NCBI RefSeq assembly: GCF_035594765.1
Contig: NC_085846.1
Location: 39,109,190-39,173,189 of the forward strand
DNA: 64,000 nt
Source of the DNA: Anolis carolinensis
Lineage: Eukaryota
Direction: 5' to 3'
Shown: positions 1-12,500 of the stretch, one piece after another
Numbering within the stretch: position 1 is the first letter of the stretch
Layout: each line of letters begins with the position of its first letter
The notes under the pieces: generated by a model
Database searches by the model: none
What the model saw: the letters and a program-made list of their open reading frames with translations, nothing else
What the model was told of the DNA's origin: nothing
Translations under genes and position numbers: made by a program

Positions 1-19
1 CTGTTAAGTGCCTTATTAC

Positions 20-139
20 CAGAGCTTGGGAAATTTCTAAATTATAGCACCCAGAATCCCCTGGTCAGAATGAGTACTGGCTATACTAGCTGGGGATTGT
101 GGGAGCTATAGTTTGAAAATGCAACTTTTCCAACTTCTG
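20..139. mobile_element. Short non-autonomous DNA transposon (MITE)
   Basis: Degenerate terminal inverted repeats CAGAGCTTGGGAAA...TTTTCCAACTTCTG around an internal palindrome (CCCAGAATCCC...GGGATTGTGGG). Confidence 0.55.
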
Positions 140-928
140 CTTAGCACTCACTGCCTCCTATGTCATGACAGCAAAGTCAATGAAAACAGAGTTGTAGAAG
201 AGCTGAATTTTGCTCTCTGGGTGTATTCTTGAAGCTGTGCACATTTCTAAACAGGAATATAAATTGTAGTGCAAATAACTACCTATTTGTTAAATATTTG
301 TTGGAAAATTACTTCCTCTTCCTGCAAAGAACTGATAATTGTGTCTGTTCTTTGTCTCAGCAGAAATATGAGACCTGGAAGCTTCAGTTTGGTAATAAAC
401 AATTAGCACATCCCCATTGTGGTGCGGGCTTTGAAAAAACACTGAGTGATCCAACTCCTGACACATTATCTCACTTCCTATGTTAAGCGGGTGTTGATTT
501 TAGAAATTGTGCCTTTTTTAGGATGACTGATCCAAAGAAAAATTGTTGCTCTCAACCATCATTCGTGATGTTTTATTTTTAAATAAACAGTAACCCTTAA
601 AAAAAACAAGTGTGTATTTTTTTGGAATGATACATTGATCACACCAAAAGTTAAGCTGATTTATATTTTATTACATTTGTGTCCCACTGTCCTGCCACAG
701 ATAGCATCCAGAGTTGAAAACAATCACGAAAGACAGAAACAAAATCCTGGTTGAAATTTAACAAACAGATCAACTAACAAACAAATTAATAAAAACACAA
801 TTTAGAAAAATGATAAAGCAGCTACAAGATCCTTGACAGATAAGCCAGATATTGTGGCTTATCTGTCTTGATATTTTGGGTTATGTGGCTATGTGGAAGG
901 GCCCTAAGAAGCCTCTTACAAGAACATT

Positions 929-1163
929 GGGCCCGGGCTGTGGCGCAGGCGGGAGAGCAAGCCAGCTGCAATTAACTGCAATAAATCACTCTGACCAGGA
1001 GGTCATGAGTTCGAGGCCGCTTGGAGCCTATGTTTGTTTGTCTTTGTTCTATGTTAAAAGGCATTGAATGTTTGCCTATATGTGTAATGTGATCCGCCCT
1101 GAGTCCCCTCCGGGATGAGAAGGGCGGAATATAAATGCTGTAAATAAATAATAAATAAATAAA
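929..1163 (+). mobile_element. tRNA-headed SINE with L2-like tail (Anolis SINE2 type)
   Basis: A box TGGCGCAGGCGG, B box GAGTTCGAGGC, tail CCGCCCTGAGTCCCC...GAGAAGGGCGG shared with L2 3' ends in this window, (TAAA)n end, AACATTG on both flanks. Confidence 0.8.
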
Positions 1164-1529
1164 CATTGTGCATGTGGAAGTACCCTCCATGTATTTAATG
1201 TTGCCCATTCACAAAAAAAGTATGCACAGGACAAATTGCAGGCAGTGTTTATTGTTCCTGGGAAAGCTCAACGACAATGTGTTTTAGTGCTTGATCAATT
1301 TAGTACATTCCTGTTACTGCAATTCCTGAGGGTCAACTATGCAGGCCTCTTAGTAGTGATGTTTCATCTGTTTCATTCATCTATTTGTTTAGTTAGTATT
1401 GTCCATTCGGACGCACGAAATGAAAGATGCCATTTTAGGACGAAACAAAAGGTGACACGAAAGAGAAAGCTGCATGGTTACTTGCTTTCATTTTTCTTTA
1501 GTTTTGGGCTGCGTAACAATAAGCAGATA

Positions 1530-2460
1530 CTGACAGAGGGCTGCTTTCCCATTACAGCTGATGCATACCAATGGGTGCTAATAGTATTAATAACAATAAT
1601 TATTCTGGGACCCTAAGCTGAGTCTGAGAGAGGCCTGCTTCCCCCTGACATCAGATGTGTACCAATGGGTGTTAATAATATTAATATTAATAACAATAGT
1701 TACCCTGGGACCCTGAGTCTGAGAGAGGTTTGCTCCCCGTGACAGCTGATGTGTACCAATGGGTGTTATAATAATATTAATATTAATAACAATAGTTATT
1801 CTGAGACCCTAAGCTAGGTCTGAGAGAGGTCTGCTTTCTCATGACATCTGACATGTACTAATGGGTGTTAATAATAATATTAATATTAATAACAATAGGT
1901 ACTCTGGGACCCTAAGCTAAGTCTGAGAGAGGCCTGCTTCCCCATGACATCTGATGTGTACTAATGGGTGCTAATAATAATATTAAAAAAAAATTCCGTG
2001 TCAGGAGCGACTTGAGAAACTGCAAGTTGCTTCTGGTGTGAGAGAATTGGCCGTCTGCAAGGATGTTGCCCATGGGATGCCCGGATGTTTTGATGTTTTT
2101 ATCATCCTTGTGGGAGACTTCTCTATCAGCTGGAGCTGATAGAGGGAGCTCATCCGCGCTCTCTCCCCGGATGGAATTCGAACCTGGCAGCTTTCAGATC
2201 AGCAACCCAGCCTTCGGGTCACAAGGCTTTAATCCACTATGCCACCGGGGGCTCCATATTAATATTAATAACAATAGTTATTCTGGGACCCTAAGCTGAG
2301 TCTGAGAGAGGTCTGCTTCCCCATGACAGCTGATGTGTACCAATGGGTATTAATAATAATAATAATAATAACAACAACAACAATAGTTACTCCTGGACCA
2401 TAAGCTGAGTCTGAGAGAAGTCTGCTTCGCCATGACATCTGTTGTGTGACAATGGGTAAT
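1530..2460. repeat. Minisatellite, about 95-105 bp unit, about 7 copies, interrupted by a SINE
   Basis: Recurrent CTGAGAGAGGYCTGCTTCCCCATGACAKCTGATGTGTACYAATGGGTGTTAATAAT...CTGGGACCCTAAGCTGAGT starting near 1531, 1624, 1718, 1820, 1923, 2302, 2411. Confidence 0.9.
1994..2255 (-). mobile_element. tRNA-derived SINE, Sauria-like head with a distinct ...CTCCTGACACG(A)n tail (possibly Vingi-mobilised)
   Basis: Same family at 9760-9940 (+), 18052-18340 (+, TSD TGTTCTTGT), 25593-25857 (+) and 27110-27370 (-). Confidence 0.8.
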
Positions 2461-3670
2461 GTAGTAATGATATTAGTAATGTAGTAATGTAGTGTAGTAA
2501 TGTAGTAATGATAATAGTAATGATATTACTATTAATAACAATAGTACTCTGGAAAAGACCCAAAAGTTTTAAAAGTTGGTGGGCTTAAATGCCCTCTGTA
2601 TGCGGCAATTTTCACCCCTCTAGCCCAAAAATCGGGGATGGGGGGTTAGACTTGGAAGCCCACCCATTGCCGCCAATGGTCTGAAAATTTTCTTTTTTTC
2701 ATAAGCGAGACGGAAGATCTATCCGTTTTCGGAAAAGGGGACAAATACAAAACTGATACAAAACAAATGAAACTAAACAAAACGAACAGCGATTCCATAC
2801 AAATGCACACGACTAGTGTCCCAATTCTGCCAGATCATTTATGGGAGAGAGATCAGCCCTCCAAGGCTAGTTTTAGAAGAAGGTTCAAGCTCCATACTTG
2901 CGGGATACAGCTCAGATCCTTTCTCCCACGTCCCAGCTGGGCTAGCCCCCACCCCAAATCCCCCTTGCTTGGCCAGCCCACTTTCTAATCTCTCCTCTGT
3001 CCGTCTGGCATCAGTTCAGCTTCATCCTGCTCAGGAATGCAAGCAGGGCCTGGCTCCCAAGAGACGGCTCCAAGGGCTGGCGCTGGCCCATTGAGAGGCC
3101 CATCTTAGCAACAACTTTGGCGAACTCTTTCCCAGGGGGACACATCAGGCCACGGCCAGATCCAGAGCACCCACCCGGTATTCCCAGGTAAAAGCAAAGA
3201 GGAGGATTCTTTCAACACAATTCCATTGGTTGATGCATTTTCTCTTTACAGGGGGCTGGGAAGGGTGAACCTTTTTGTAGTTTGGGGCTGTGTTTGATTC
3301 TTTTTTCTTTTAAAGATCTGCAGGAAATGATGGCTCCCTGCACCCTTCTTTTCAGTTTTAGGAGAGAGAACCGGAAAGCAATTAATCCTCTTAAATGAAC
3401 CAGACATTCCTGGGGCACTTCTGAAGAGGCCACTGTTGGCTCTATGAGGGAGCTGGGAGCCAGCATTCCTCAGCAAGGAGGAGGAGCCATTGCCTTTCCC
3501 TTTGAGGAAGGGGTGTCTGCAAAGTGGGCTTCCTTTATAGTTTGAATAAAATATACAAAGGAAGGAAATCCATCTGTGGATATGTTTAATCTGTGCATGC
3601 TTTTTGTAGGTAGAAGTTTCACATTTTCCCCTGGTTCGGAATTTCAGAATGTATTATGCATGCAGAATAT

Positions 3671-4959
3671 GGGTTGCTGTGAGTTTTCCAGGCTGTATGG
3701 CCATGTTCCAGAAGCATTCTCTTCTGACGTTTTGCCCACATCTATGGCAGGCATCCTCGGAGGTTGTGAGATATATTGGAAAACTAAGCAAGGGAGGTTT
3801 ATATATCTGTGGAAGGTCCAGGGTGGGAGAAAGAACTCTTGTCTGTTGGAGGCCAGTGTGAATGTTGTAATTAATCACCTTGATTAGCATTAATGGCCTT
3901 GCCAGCTTAGCTGCCCTTGATTGATTCATGTTTGTAATTCCTCTATTTTCTGAGTGTTGTTCTTTATTTACTGTGCTGATTTTAGAGGTTTTTTTCAATA
4001 CTGGTAGCCAGATTTTGTTCATTTTCATGGTTTCCTCCTTTCTGTTGACATTGTCCACGTGTTCGTGGATTTCAATGTCTTCTCTATGTAGTCTGAGATG
4101 ATAGTTCCAGCATTTCTGTGTTCTCAAATAATATACTGTGTCCAGATTGGTTCATCAAGTGCTCTGCAATACCTTTCATGTCTGTAGTGCCTTTCATGTT
4201 GCTTGATTGGTGTCTGGGCAATGCTGCATTTGGTGGTTCCTATGTAGACTTGTCCACAGCTGCATGGCATACGGTAGATCCTGTAGAGGTGAGAGGATCT
4301 CTTTTGTCCTTCACTGAACGTAGCATTAGTTGGATTTTCTTAGTGGATCTGTAGATAGTTTGTAAACTGTATTTCTTCATCAGCTTTCCTATGCAGTCAG
4401 TGGTTCCCTTGATGTATGGTAAGAACACTTTTCCTTTGGGTGGATCTTTGTCTTTGCTCTCGTGACTTGTTCTTGGCCTTGCAGCTCTTCTGATGTCTGT
4501 GGTGGAGTATCCATTGGACTGTAGAGCCCAGTTTAGGTGGTTTAGTTCACCTTGGAGTCCCTGGTGGCACAGCGAGTTAAACCACTGAGCTGCTGAACTT
4601 GCTGACCAAAAGTTCGAATCTGGGAGCAGGTGAGTTCCCACTGTTAGCGCCAGCTTCTGCCAACCTAGCAGTTCGAAAACATGCAAATGTGAGTAGATCA
4701 ATAGGTACCACTCTGGCAGGAAGGTAACGGCACTCCATGTAGTCATGCCAACCACATGACCTTGGAGGTGTCTATGAACAACACCAGCTCTTCGGCTTAG
4801 AAATGGAGGTGAGCACTAACTCCCAGAGTCGGACACAACTAGACTTAATGTCAGGGAAAAACCTTTACCGTTACCTAGTTCACCTTGGAGGAAATGGGGT
4901 TCGCAGATTCTTTTTGCACGGTCTGCCAGGGCTTTGATTATGCTTCTTTTTTTACTTGG
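3671..4959 (-). mobile_element. Penelope-like retroelement fragment (C-terminal GIY-YIG region plus pseudo-LTR), with nested Sauria SINE
   Basis: Minus-strand peptides LPYIKGTTDCIGKLMKK...RSVKDKRDPL and HREDIEIHEHVDNVNRKEETMKMNKIWLPVLK. Terminal repeat shared with many copies in the window. Confidence 0.88.
4554..4875 (+). mobile_element. Sauria SINE
   Basis: tRNA-like head, (ACCTTT)n tail, target duplication TAGTTCACCTTGGAG at 4543-4557 and 4876-4890. Confidence 0.9.
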
Positions 4960-4969
4960 ATCTGTAGAT

Positions 4970-5291
4970 CCGGTGGCAAAGTGTGTTAAAGCACTGAGCT
5001 GCTGAACTTGCAGACCGAAAGGTCCCAAGTTCAAATCCTGGGAGCGGAGTGAGCGCCCGCTGTAAGCTTCAGCTACTGCCAACCTAGCAGTTCGAAAACA
5101 TGGCAATGTGAGTAGATCAATAGGTACCGCTCCGGCAGGAAGGTAACGGCGCTCCATGCAGTCATGCTGGCCACATGACCTTGGAGGTGTCTACGGACAA
5201 CGCCGGCTCTTCGGCTTAGAAATGGAGATGAGCACTAACCCCCAGAGTCAGACATGACTGGACTTAACGTCAGGGGAAACCTTTACCTTTT
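4970..5291 (+). mobile_element. Sauria SINE
   Basis: Same family, TSD ATCTGTAGAT. Further copies at 7599-7928 (+, TSD TATGGCCAT), 13406-13675 (-), 15018-15130 (-, head only), 22180-22340 (-), 46033-46175 (-, TSD ACATTACACTA), 49799-50125 (+). Confidence 0.9.
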
Positions 5292-5599
5292 ATCTGTAGA
5301 TATGTTCAATCTGTGAATACCTTTTGTAGGCAGAAGTTTCACATTTTCCCCTGGTTCACAATTTCATAACATTTTATGCATGCAGAATATGTTTGGTTCT
5401 GGATATCCGGAATACAGATCAAACAAATATCCCTCTGGTGCACATCCAGCCCTCTTGGTTGGCTCTACAAACTGTGCCAGCTTCCCAAACTCCCAAGAAG
5501 GCATCCACATAGAGTAGGTCTTGTGGCTGTGAGGCCAAAAGTGGCTCCAAGGAAGTGCGCTTTTCCCTACTGTGTTCCTTGCACTGTTTGCTTTGGGTT

Positions 5600-5744
5600 G
5601 GGATGGAGCGGGGGATAAAGGTCGCCAGCGCCAGGGCTGTTTGTTGTGTGGCTTGCCTTATGCGGAAGTTCCAGTGACGGTGGTGGCAGCAGGTGTGTCC
5701 CTTCAGAGACCAGACGAGGCTTCCTTTTACTCTGCTGTCAACAG
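5600..5744 (+). promoter_or_regulatory. TMEM98: Probable TMEM98 promoter and non-coding first exon
   Basis: Locally GC/CpG-richer unique sequence with ETS-type GCGGAAGT (5662-5669), ending at a donor-like ACAG|GTAGAG (5744/5745). The ATG exon has its own acceptor at 9481/9482, so an upstream UTR exon is required. Confidence 0.5.
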
Positions 5745-6151
5745 GTAGAGCTTCTCAATTGGGTGAGGATCTCTCACCCTGCTCTTTCTTTCCCTTCTAT
5801 ATCTTGAAAGCTAACCAAAGTAACTGCATCATTGCTTGATGGTTTGTAAAACTGAGATGGAAATCATGTAGTACTGCAGATACAATTGGACTACACGCCC
5901 TAGCAGATCTTGCCAGAATGAACAATAGCAAGAAATGCTATGAGTTCTCCAACCACATCTGGTGGGTTGCTTGATTCCCACTCCTGTTCTAAGACCACAA
6001 ATCTAAGCAGCCTGGTTTGAATGGTCACTTTTTGAGTTCCTTTGTGTCATAGTGATTGAAATCCAGACAGTGTTTAGTAGCTTACTTGCAACACCTTTCG
6101 ACTTTTGAAGTCCCTAAGAATTTCATTTTCATATTCTGTCTCTCTCTAGAG

Positions 6152-6538
6152 CAGTGGTTCTCAGCCTTGCTAATGCAAGGTATGATACATTTTCTCATGT
6201 TGTGGTGACCCCCAACCATAAAATTATTTTCACTGCTACTTCATAATTGTCATTTTGCTACTGTTATGAATCGTTATGTAAATATCTTGTATGCAGGCTG
6301 TATTTTCATTGACTTGACCAAATTTGGCACAAATACCCAATACGCCCAAATTTGAATACTGGTGGGATTGGGGGGGGGGGGTTGATTTTGTCATTTGGGA
6401 GTTGTAGTTGCTGGGATTTATAGTTTATCTACAATCAAAGAGCATTCTGAACTCCAACAACAATAGAATTGAACAAAAAGTGGGACACAGAACTCCCATG
6501 ACCAACAGGAAATACTGGAAGGATTTGGTGGGCTTGAG
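6152..6538. mobile_element. SPIN/URR1-like hAT non-autonomous element, one terminus
   Basis: CAGTGGTTCTCAGCCTTGCTAATGC...CTCATGTTGTGGTGACCCCCAACCATAAAATTATTTTC...GCTACTTCATAATTGT...TTGCTACTGTTATGAATCGT matches the recalled SPIN/URR1 terminus. Confidence 0.75.
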
Positions 6539-7529
6539 TTTTTCCCATGATAACTCTTCCAGGAGTGAATTTCCTTTCCTAGAGGTAGATTTCTCTCACT
6601 TCCTGTTGTCTCACACCGATTCTTAACTATGTGTTGTTAGTTAGTTGGATATTTGCAACTCGGGAACTGCCTGTACTGCACAAGATACCAAAGAATTCCT
6701 GTTTTGTTTTTGTTTGTTTTTTAGGTAGGGAACTTCATAATGACAGAAACAGGTGAATCATGTAATTTATGAATGTGGACAATATAACAGAAATCATTGT
6801 TTCATTTGGTATTTAGGTAGAGCACACATTTGTTTGTGTCTATTTCCGGATTGTCACCCTGCATGTCATTAATTGTGATTGCTCCTTATTGCTGTTTTGA
6901 AAACCTGGTAATACTGATGCATGGAGACAAATTATTTGCATTCATTCAAGTTAGGGTTACCAAGCTTTGGCCTCAGTTCTACTTTTCCTGCGCTGTCTGG
7001 CTTTAGGGTTTGTTAGGCAATAGAGGTAACAGGAAAGATGCTTTGATTTACATACAGTGCCTGGTGAGGAGTGATTTAGGAAAATAATAACTGACTAAAC
7101 AGAAGCTGTCCTTTTCTGTTCTTATGTTTGTCATATTAGCTTGCCTCTGCAAAATGAAATTCATGAAGATCAGGCTACCATTACAAGCACAGCAAAATAA
7201 TTTGTTTATAACGTTACCCCCTCACTGTCAGATGTTAATTCTAAAATATATGTTAGATAATTAAAAAATATTTTTCAGATTGAACTGTTGTAGGAACATC
7301 TTATAAGCTCTTAGTGCCACATTTTGTGTTATCTTAACAGTGTGGTTAAAATTTCTGCTTTGCTCTTGACACGGGTTCTGCAAAGCTTTTTAAGGCACAT
7401 GGTACCAACAAGCACCTAAATCCACAAGGGAGTGGTAACTTCATTGGCCGACCAAATATACAAAACACACAATGCAAGCTTTCAAAGTGCCACTGGCTTC
7501 TTTATCAGGCAACAAGTATTTAGTTTGTA

Positions 7530-8939
7530 TTATAGAAGGCTTTCATGACCGGAATCACTGGAGTGTTATGTGGTGTGGTTTCCAGGCTATATGGCCATGG
7601 AGTTCCCGGTGGCGCAGAGGGTTAAGCTGCTGAGCTGCTGAACTTGCTGACCGAAAGGTTGGCGGTTTGAATATGGGGTGTGGGGTGAGCTTCTGCTGTT
7701 AGCCCCAGCTTCTACCAACCTAGGAGTTCGAAAACATGCAAATGTCAGTAGAGCAATAGGTACCTCTCCAGTGGAAAGGAAACGGCGCTCCATGCAGTCA
7801 TGCCGACCACATGACCTTGGAGGCATCTATGGACAACACCAGCTCTTCAGCTTCGAAATGGAGATGAGCACCAACCCCCAGAGTCGGACACAACTATATT
7901 TAATGTCAGGGAAAAACCTTTACCTACCTATGGCCATTTTCTCCTGATGTTTTACCTGCATCTGTAGCTGGCACTTTCCGTGTCTTAGTGGTCTTTCTTA
8001 TTCACTGTTTTGATTCTAGTGTTTTTCAATACAGGTAGGATTTTTTTCCCATTTTCATGATTTCTGTTGAAAGAACATGAAAGGCACTGCAGACTACTTC
8101 AGCCAGAAAAATCAGCCATGGCAGAATACATGATAAACCCAGCAGGGCACAGAATATTATTTGAAAATACAGAAATTCTGGGCCACTCAGGCAACCACTT
8201 TGTCAGTCTACACAGAGAAGCCACTAAAATCTACAAGCACATGGATAATTTCAACAGAAAGGAAGAAACCATGAAAATGGACAAAATTTGGCCACCTACA
8301 CAGATGTCACTCAACTCTACTACTCCTTCTCGGTGGTGGCCCCCTGGCTCTGGAACTCCCTCCTGAGAGAAATTAGATTAGCCCCTACCTTGGTCACATT
8401 CCAGAAAGACCTGAAAACTTGGTTATTTCAATGTGCTTTTGACTAATTCGGCACCATTTGACTGAGCCCTTTTACCTCCACCTATTCCCAGCCACACTGC
8501 ACTTTATTACTGGCCCATCTTATTAGTGACCTTGCAATATATTGCACGTGTATAATTTATTGCCTTGTCTCCAGTTTTTGAACATGCTCATTGTGCCCAG
8601 CTATTGGTGATTGGTTATCGGTTGTTGTTGAGTTTATGCTTTTTATACGTTTTTATGTATTAATTCTTTGTAATTGAATGTATCTTGTGTTGTTGTATTT
8701 TATTGTTGCATTCCAGGGCTTGGTCCCCATGTATGCTGCACCGAGTCCCTTCGGGGAGAAGGGCCAGGATATTAGAATAAAATACCTCACAACCTCTGAG
8801 GATGCCTGCCATAGATGTGGGCGAAATGTCAGGAAAGAACGCTTCTGGAACATGGCCACACAGCCCAAAAGACATACAACAACCCTGTGGTCCCGGCCAT
8901 GAAAGCTTTCGACAACACATAAGAATAAAATAGTTGTTA

Positions 8940-8986
<47 letters not shown>

Positions 8987-9285
8987 GAAAACACCACCCA
9001 GACACAGAAAATCTCCATGCAGTAAGCAATCAAGGGCTTACCCAGACAAAGTATGCCTCCTGGCATCAAACAATTCAAAGGAAACAAAAGCCAGGCTATT
9101 TCCAAGCTTGCTACTTTCACCTTTCACACTAGCTTAACGGACCATGATTCTTTCCTCCCACTCTGGACATTCCCCAGGTATATACTCCACTTGCTTGACT
9201 ACCATCAGAGCCTCTGAAGATGCCAGCCATAGATGCAGGTGAAACGTCAGGGAAAAATGCTGCTAGAACATGGCCATACAACACT
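7530..9285. mobile_element. Cluster of Penelope fragments, Sauria SINE, L2 3' end and (TTA)n
   Basis: Penelope peptide KEHERHCRLLQPEKSAMAEYMINPAGHRILFENTEILGH (8067 onward), L2 tail about 8322-8782, Penelope terminal repeats 8783-8920 and 8990-9285, TTA microsatellite about 8934-8986. Confidence 0.75.
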
Positions 9286-9552
9286 CCAGCATTTAGTTTG
9301 CTAACTTAACAACTTCTAATAAATGATTTTTAAAAGAAGGTTTCCAGTTCTTTCCCTAGCCTTACATCATCCAACCTCCATCCTCTACCTGTGCTTTGAA
9401 AGATTATGTGAAAGAGATCTTCTTATTATGGGTGCAACTGTAAGAACCTCTTTTGCTTTGTTTTGCTTCATTTCATTCCAGGAATACCACTGAAGTAGTC
9501 CAAACTGATTCACACTCATCATCTTCTTCCCCGGGGACATAGTGGGGATTCA

Positions 9553-12500
9553 ATGGAGACGGTTGTGATTGTGGCCATTGGAGTGCTGGCAACCATCTTT
9601 CTGGCATCTTTTGTAGCCCTGGTTGTGGTTTGTAGGCAGCGTTACTGCCGGCCCAAGGACTTCCTGAACCATTATGATACCAGGTGAGTAGGATTTGAAA
9701 TTCTGGAAAAGAGGATAATTAGAACCTGGTGTCCTCTCCAAGTGGGGAAAGCCTCCAGTTCAGAAGGTTGCCAGTTCGAATCCAACCCGGGGAGAGCGCG
9801 GATGAGCTCCCTCTATCAGCTCCAGCTCCATGTGGGGACATGAGAAAGGCCTCCCCTAGGCAACGTCCTTACAGACGGCCAATTCTCTCACACCAGAAGT
9901 GACTTGCAGTTTCTCAAGTCACTTCTGACACGAAAAAAATTGTCACTATTAGAATCGTCTTTTTTATATTCAGGTTTTTCCTTAAATTCACAGGCAGTTT
10001 TAAAGAGGAAACAGATCTTGCAGATGCACAGTACCTTTTAAGAAGATTGTAAAGTAATTTGTATTAGTTCCTGGAAACCAAAGGTTATTGTGAATAATAA
10101 TTAATAAGATGGCATTTAATTAACTTTTCTGTCCTTCCATTTTAATTGGAAAAAAATCCAGGAACTGAGCCCAAATAGCACCAAACTGGGCAATCCATGT
10201 GTTTTTAGGAGCTTTTTCTGTTTTCACCTTCAAATATTGCACATCCCATAGATGATATTTTAGAAGAATAGAGAAAGTATTATTTATAAAGTAATTCTGC
10301 ATGCTATTCTCAGCTGACACTCCAAAACATTTGTAAAATGAGGGCACAGATTACCTCGTTAATATAAATGGGAAGGCTCAGAGTATTAAATCAGTGTTCT
10401 TTACCACGTAGCGGAAAAATAAGAGGGCACGTGAAATGTTTTTCTTTAAAAAATAACAATGCAAAACACAATGGGGAAAATTTACACAGTGGACCCTTGG
10501 TGTCCAGTGGGGCTTGGTGCCAGGATGTTCCATGGATACCAGAATCTGTGAATGCTCAAGTCCCATTACATACAATGACATACTGGTAGTAAGATAGTAT
10601 GTGTCATATAAAACGATAAAATCAGCATCACCTTTTTGTATTTTTTTCTTGGAAGATTTGCAATGGTGGAATCTGTGGACTGGAATTTTTGATACGAAAG
10701 GCAGCAAAATTTCTATTGGTTCGGGGTTCTCATTTTTAAAATATTTGCCAACTGTTTTGTTTACTTCTGCTTTTATGCCTTTAATAGCAATATGATTTGC
10801 AACCTATAGTGGATATTTATTGTCTCGGATTCTCAAGAATACTTTCCCATGCTGGTTATAAAAAAGATCAAGTACATACTTGGTCTTTTTTTTTCTTCAC
10901 AGCTAGTAACTGTCTTCTTTTGTGGCTCCCAAAAGAACTGAGTAGAGTTGTAGTAGAAAATGCTCATCCTTGTCCTTTTTGTATTCTTCTCTCAGGCCCA
11001 TTGTTGACCATATGGGTTCAACAGAGACACAGTCAGAACCTTCCGAACTGGAGCTGGATGACGTGGTGATAACAAACCCACACATTGAAGCAATTCTGGA
11101 GAACGAAGACTGGATTGAAGACGCTTCGTAAGTTGGGCAAATCTCAGGCAGCATAGTGACTTAATGCATTTAAAAAAAAAATTGGCCACCATTCATTAAT
11201 GTGTGAGCAGTTCATTGGCAAAACAATGTTAGAAAACAGTACCCTAACATTCGTCTTAAGATGTGGCCGCACTGCAATGTTATAGTGCTTTGATCCCAAT
11301 TTAACTACCTTTATTGCATTCTATGGAATCTTGGGACTTATAATTTTACGGGTACTTAGATTTTTTACTGCTCCTTAAGGGAATACGGTAGGAAATTCTA
11401 GATTCGTCACCAAACTACATATTGCAGGATTAATCCTGCCCATCCCCAGCCTTGCTATGACAATCCTTTTTAGAAGTTTTGTTAGAGGATGTGAATCCTG
11501 TCCTAGGCCATGATTCCTTTACAGCCCAGATGCTCGGGGAGGAAGTGTCAGCAGTGGGATGTTTACAATAAGATTTCCTTATTTGAGGAAGGAAAATTAT
11601 ATCGATGTAGTTAGGAAATCGAGGTAAAACAGAAACACTGTGCTTTGCCAAGGACAGTAAAATAAATAAATAAATCAAAGGCCCCTTCCACACAGCTGAA
11701 TAAAACCCCACATTATCTGCTATAAACTGGAATATATGGCAGTGTGGACTCAGATAACCCAGTTCAAAGCAGATCTCGTGGGATTTTTTACCTTGATATT
11801 TTGAATGTGGCTGTGTGGAAGGGCCCTTAGGAAGCAATCTTGAATATAAACTCATTTTTCATGTTTGAACTAACTATAAAAGTAGAGGAGTTGTATAATG
11901 GAAGGTGTGGATGAAGCTTGTATAATTCATTAAGACTTATTTATTTATTATTTATTTATTTAAACTAAATAATAATTATTTATTATTATCATATTTGTGG
12001 GGGTTACAGTCCTAGCCACACTGTGTTTACCTGAAACCATAGATACAACTGAATGCCAATAAATCACCTTACTTCTGGACCTGGTATTCCATAGACCTGC
12101 CTTGGAGGATGTAGAGATTCCCAGAAAGGGAACTTTAGAAATGTTTCAGATCTTTCAGGACAACTCTGTAGTAAATTCCAGGGGAAGAATACCATAGGGC
12201 CCTTTGACACAGCCATATAAGCCAGAATAGCAAGGCAGAATAAGTCATAATATCTGCTTTGAACTGGATTATCTGAGTCCATACTGTCATATATTCCAGT
12301 TCAAAGCAGAAAATGTGGGATTTTATTCAGCTGTGTGGAAGGGGTCATAGAATCGCCTAGAAAAATAAATTCTCTCCCTGGTGTGGAGAAATAAAACTGT
12401 GGATATGGGTTCTGCAGTTATGGGGGTCTTACTGCATCTGATAAAATGACATGTTACTTCCCTAATTTGTTGCTACCATTTTCCTCCCTTAGGGGCCTGG

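Noticed and set aside
4554-4630. SINE heads as tRNA genes
   Set aside because: A and B boxes are present, but there is no cloverleaf and they continue into SINE body with TSDs.
6725-6752. Possible 28-nt TMEM98 5' UTR micro-exon (TTAG|...CAG|GTGAAT)
   Set aside because: Splice-like signals alone are insufficient without transcript evidence.
8934-8986. Poly-Leu, poly-Ile and poly-Tyr ORFs here and near 22341 and 23428
   Set aside because: They are translations of (TAA/TTA)n microsatellites.
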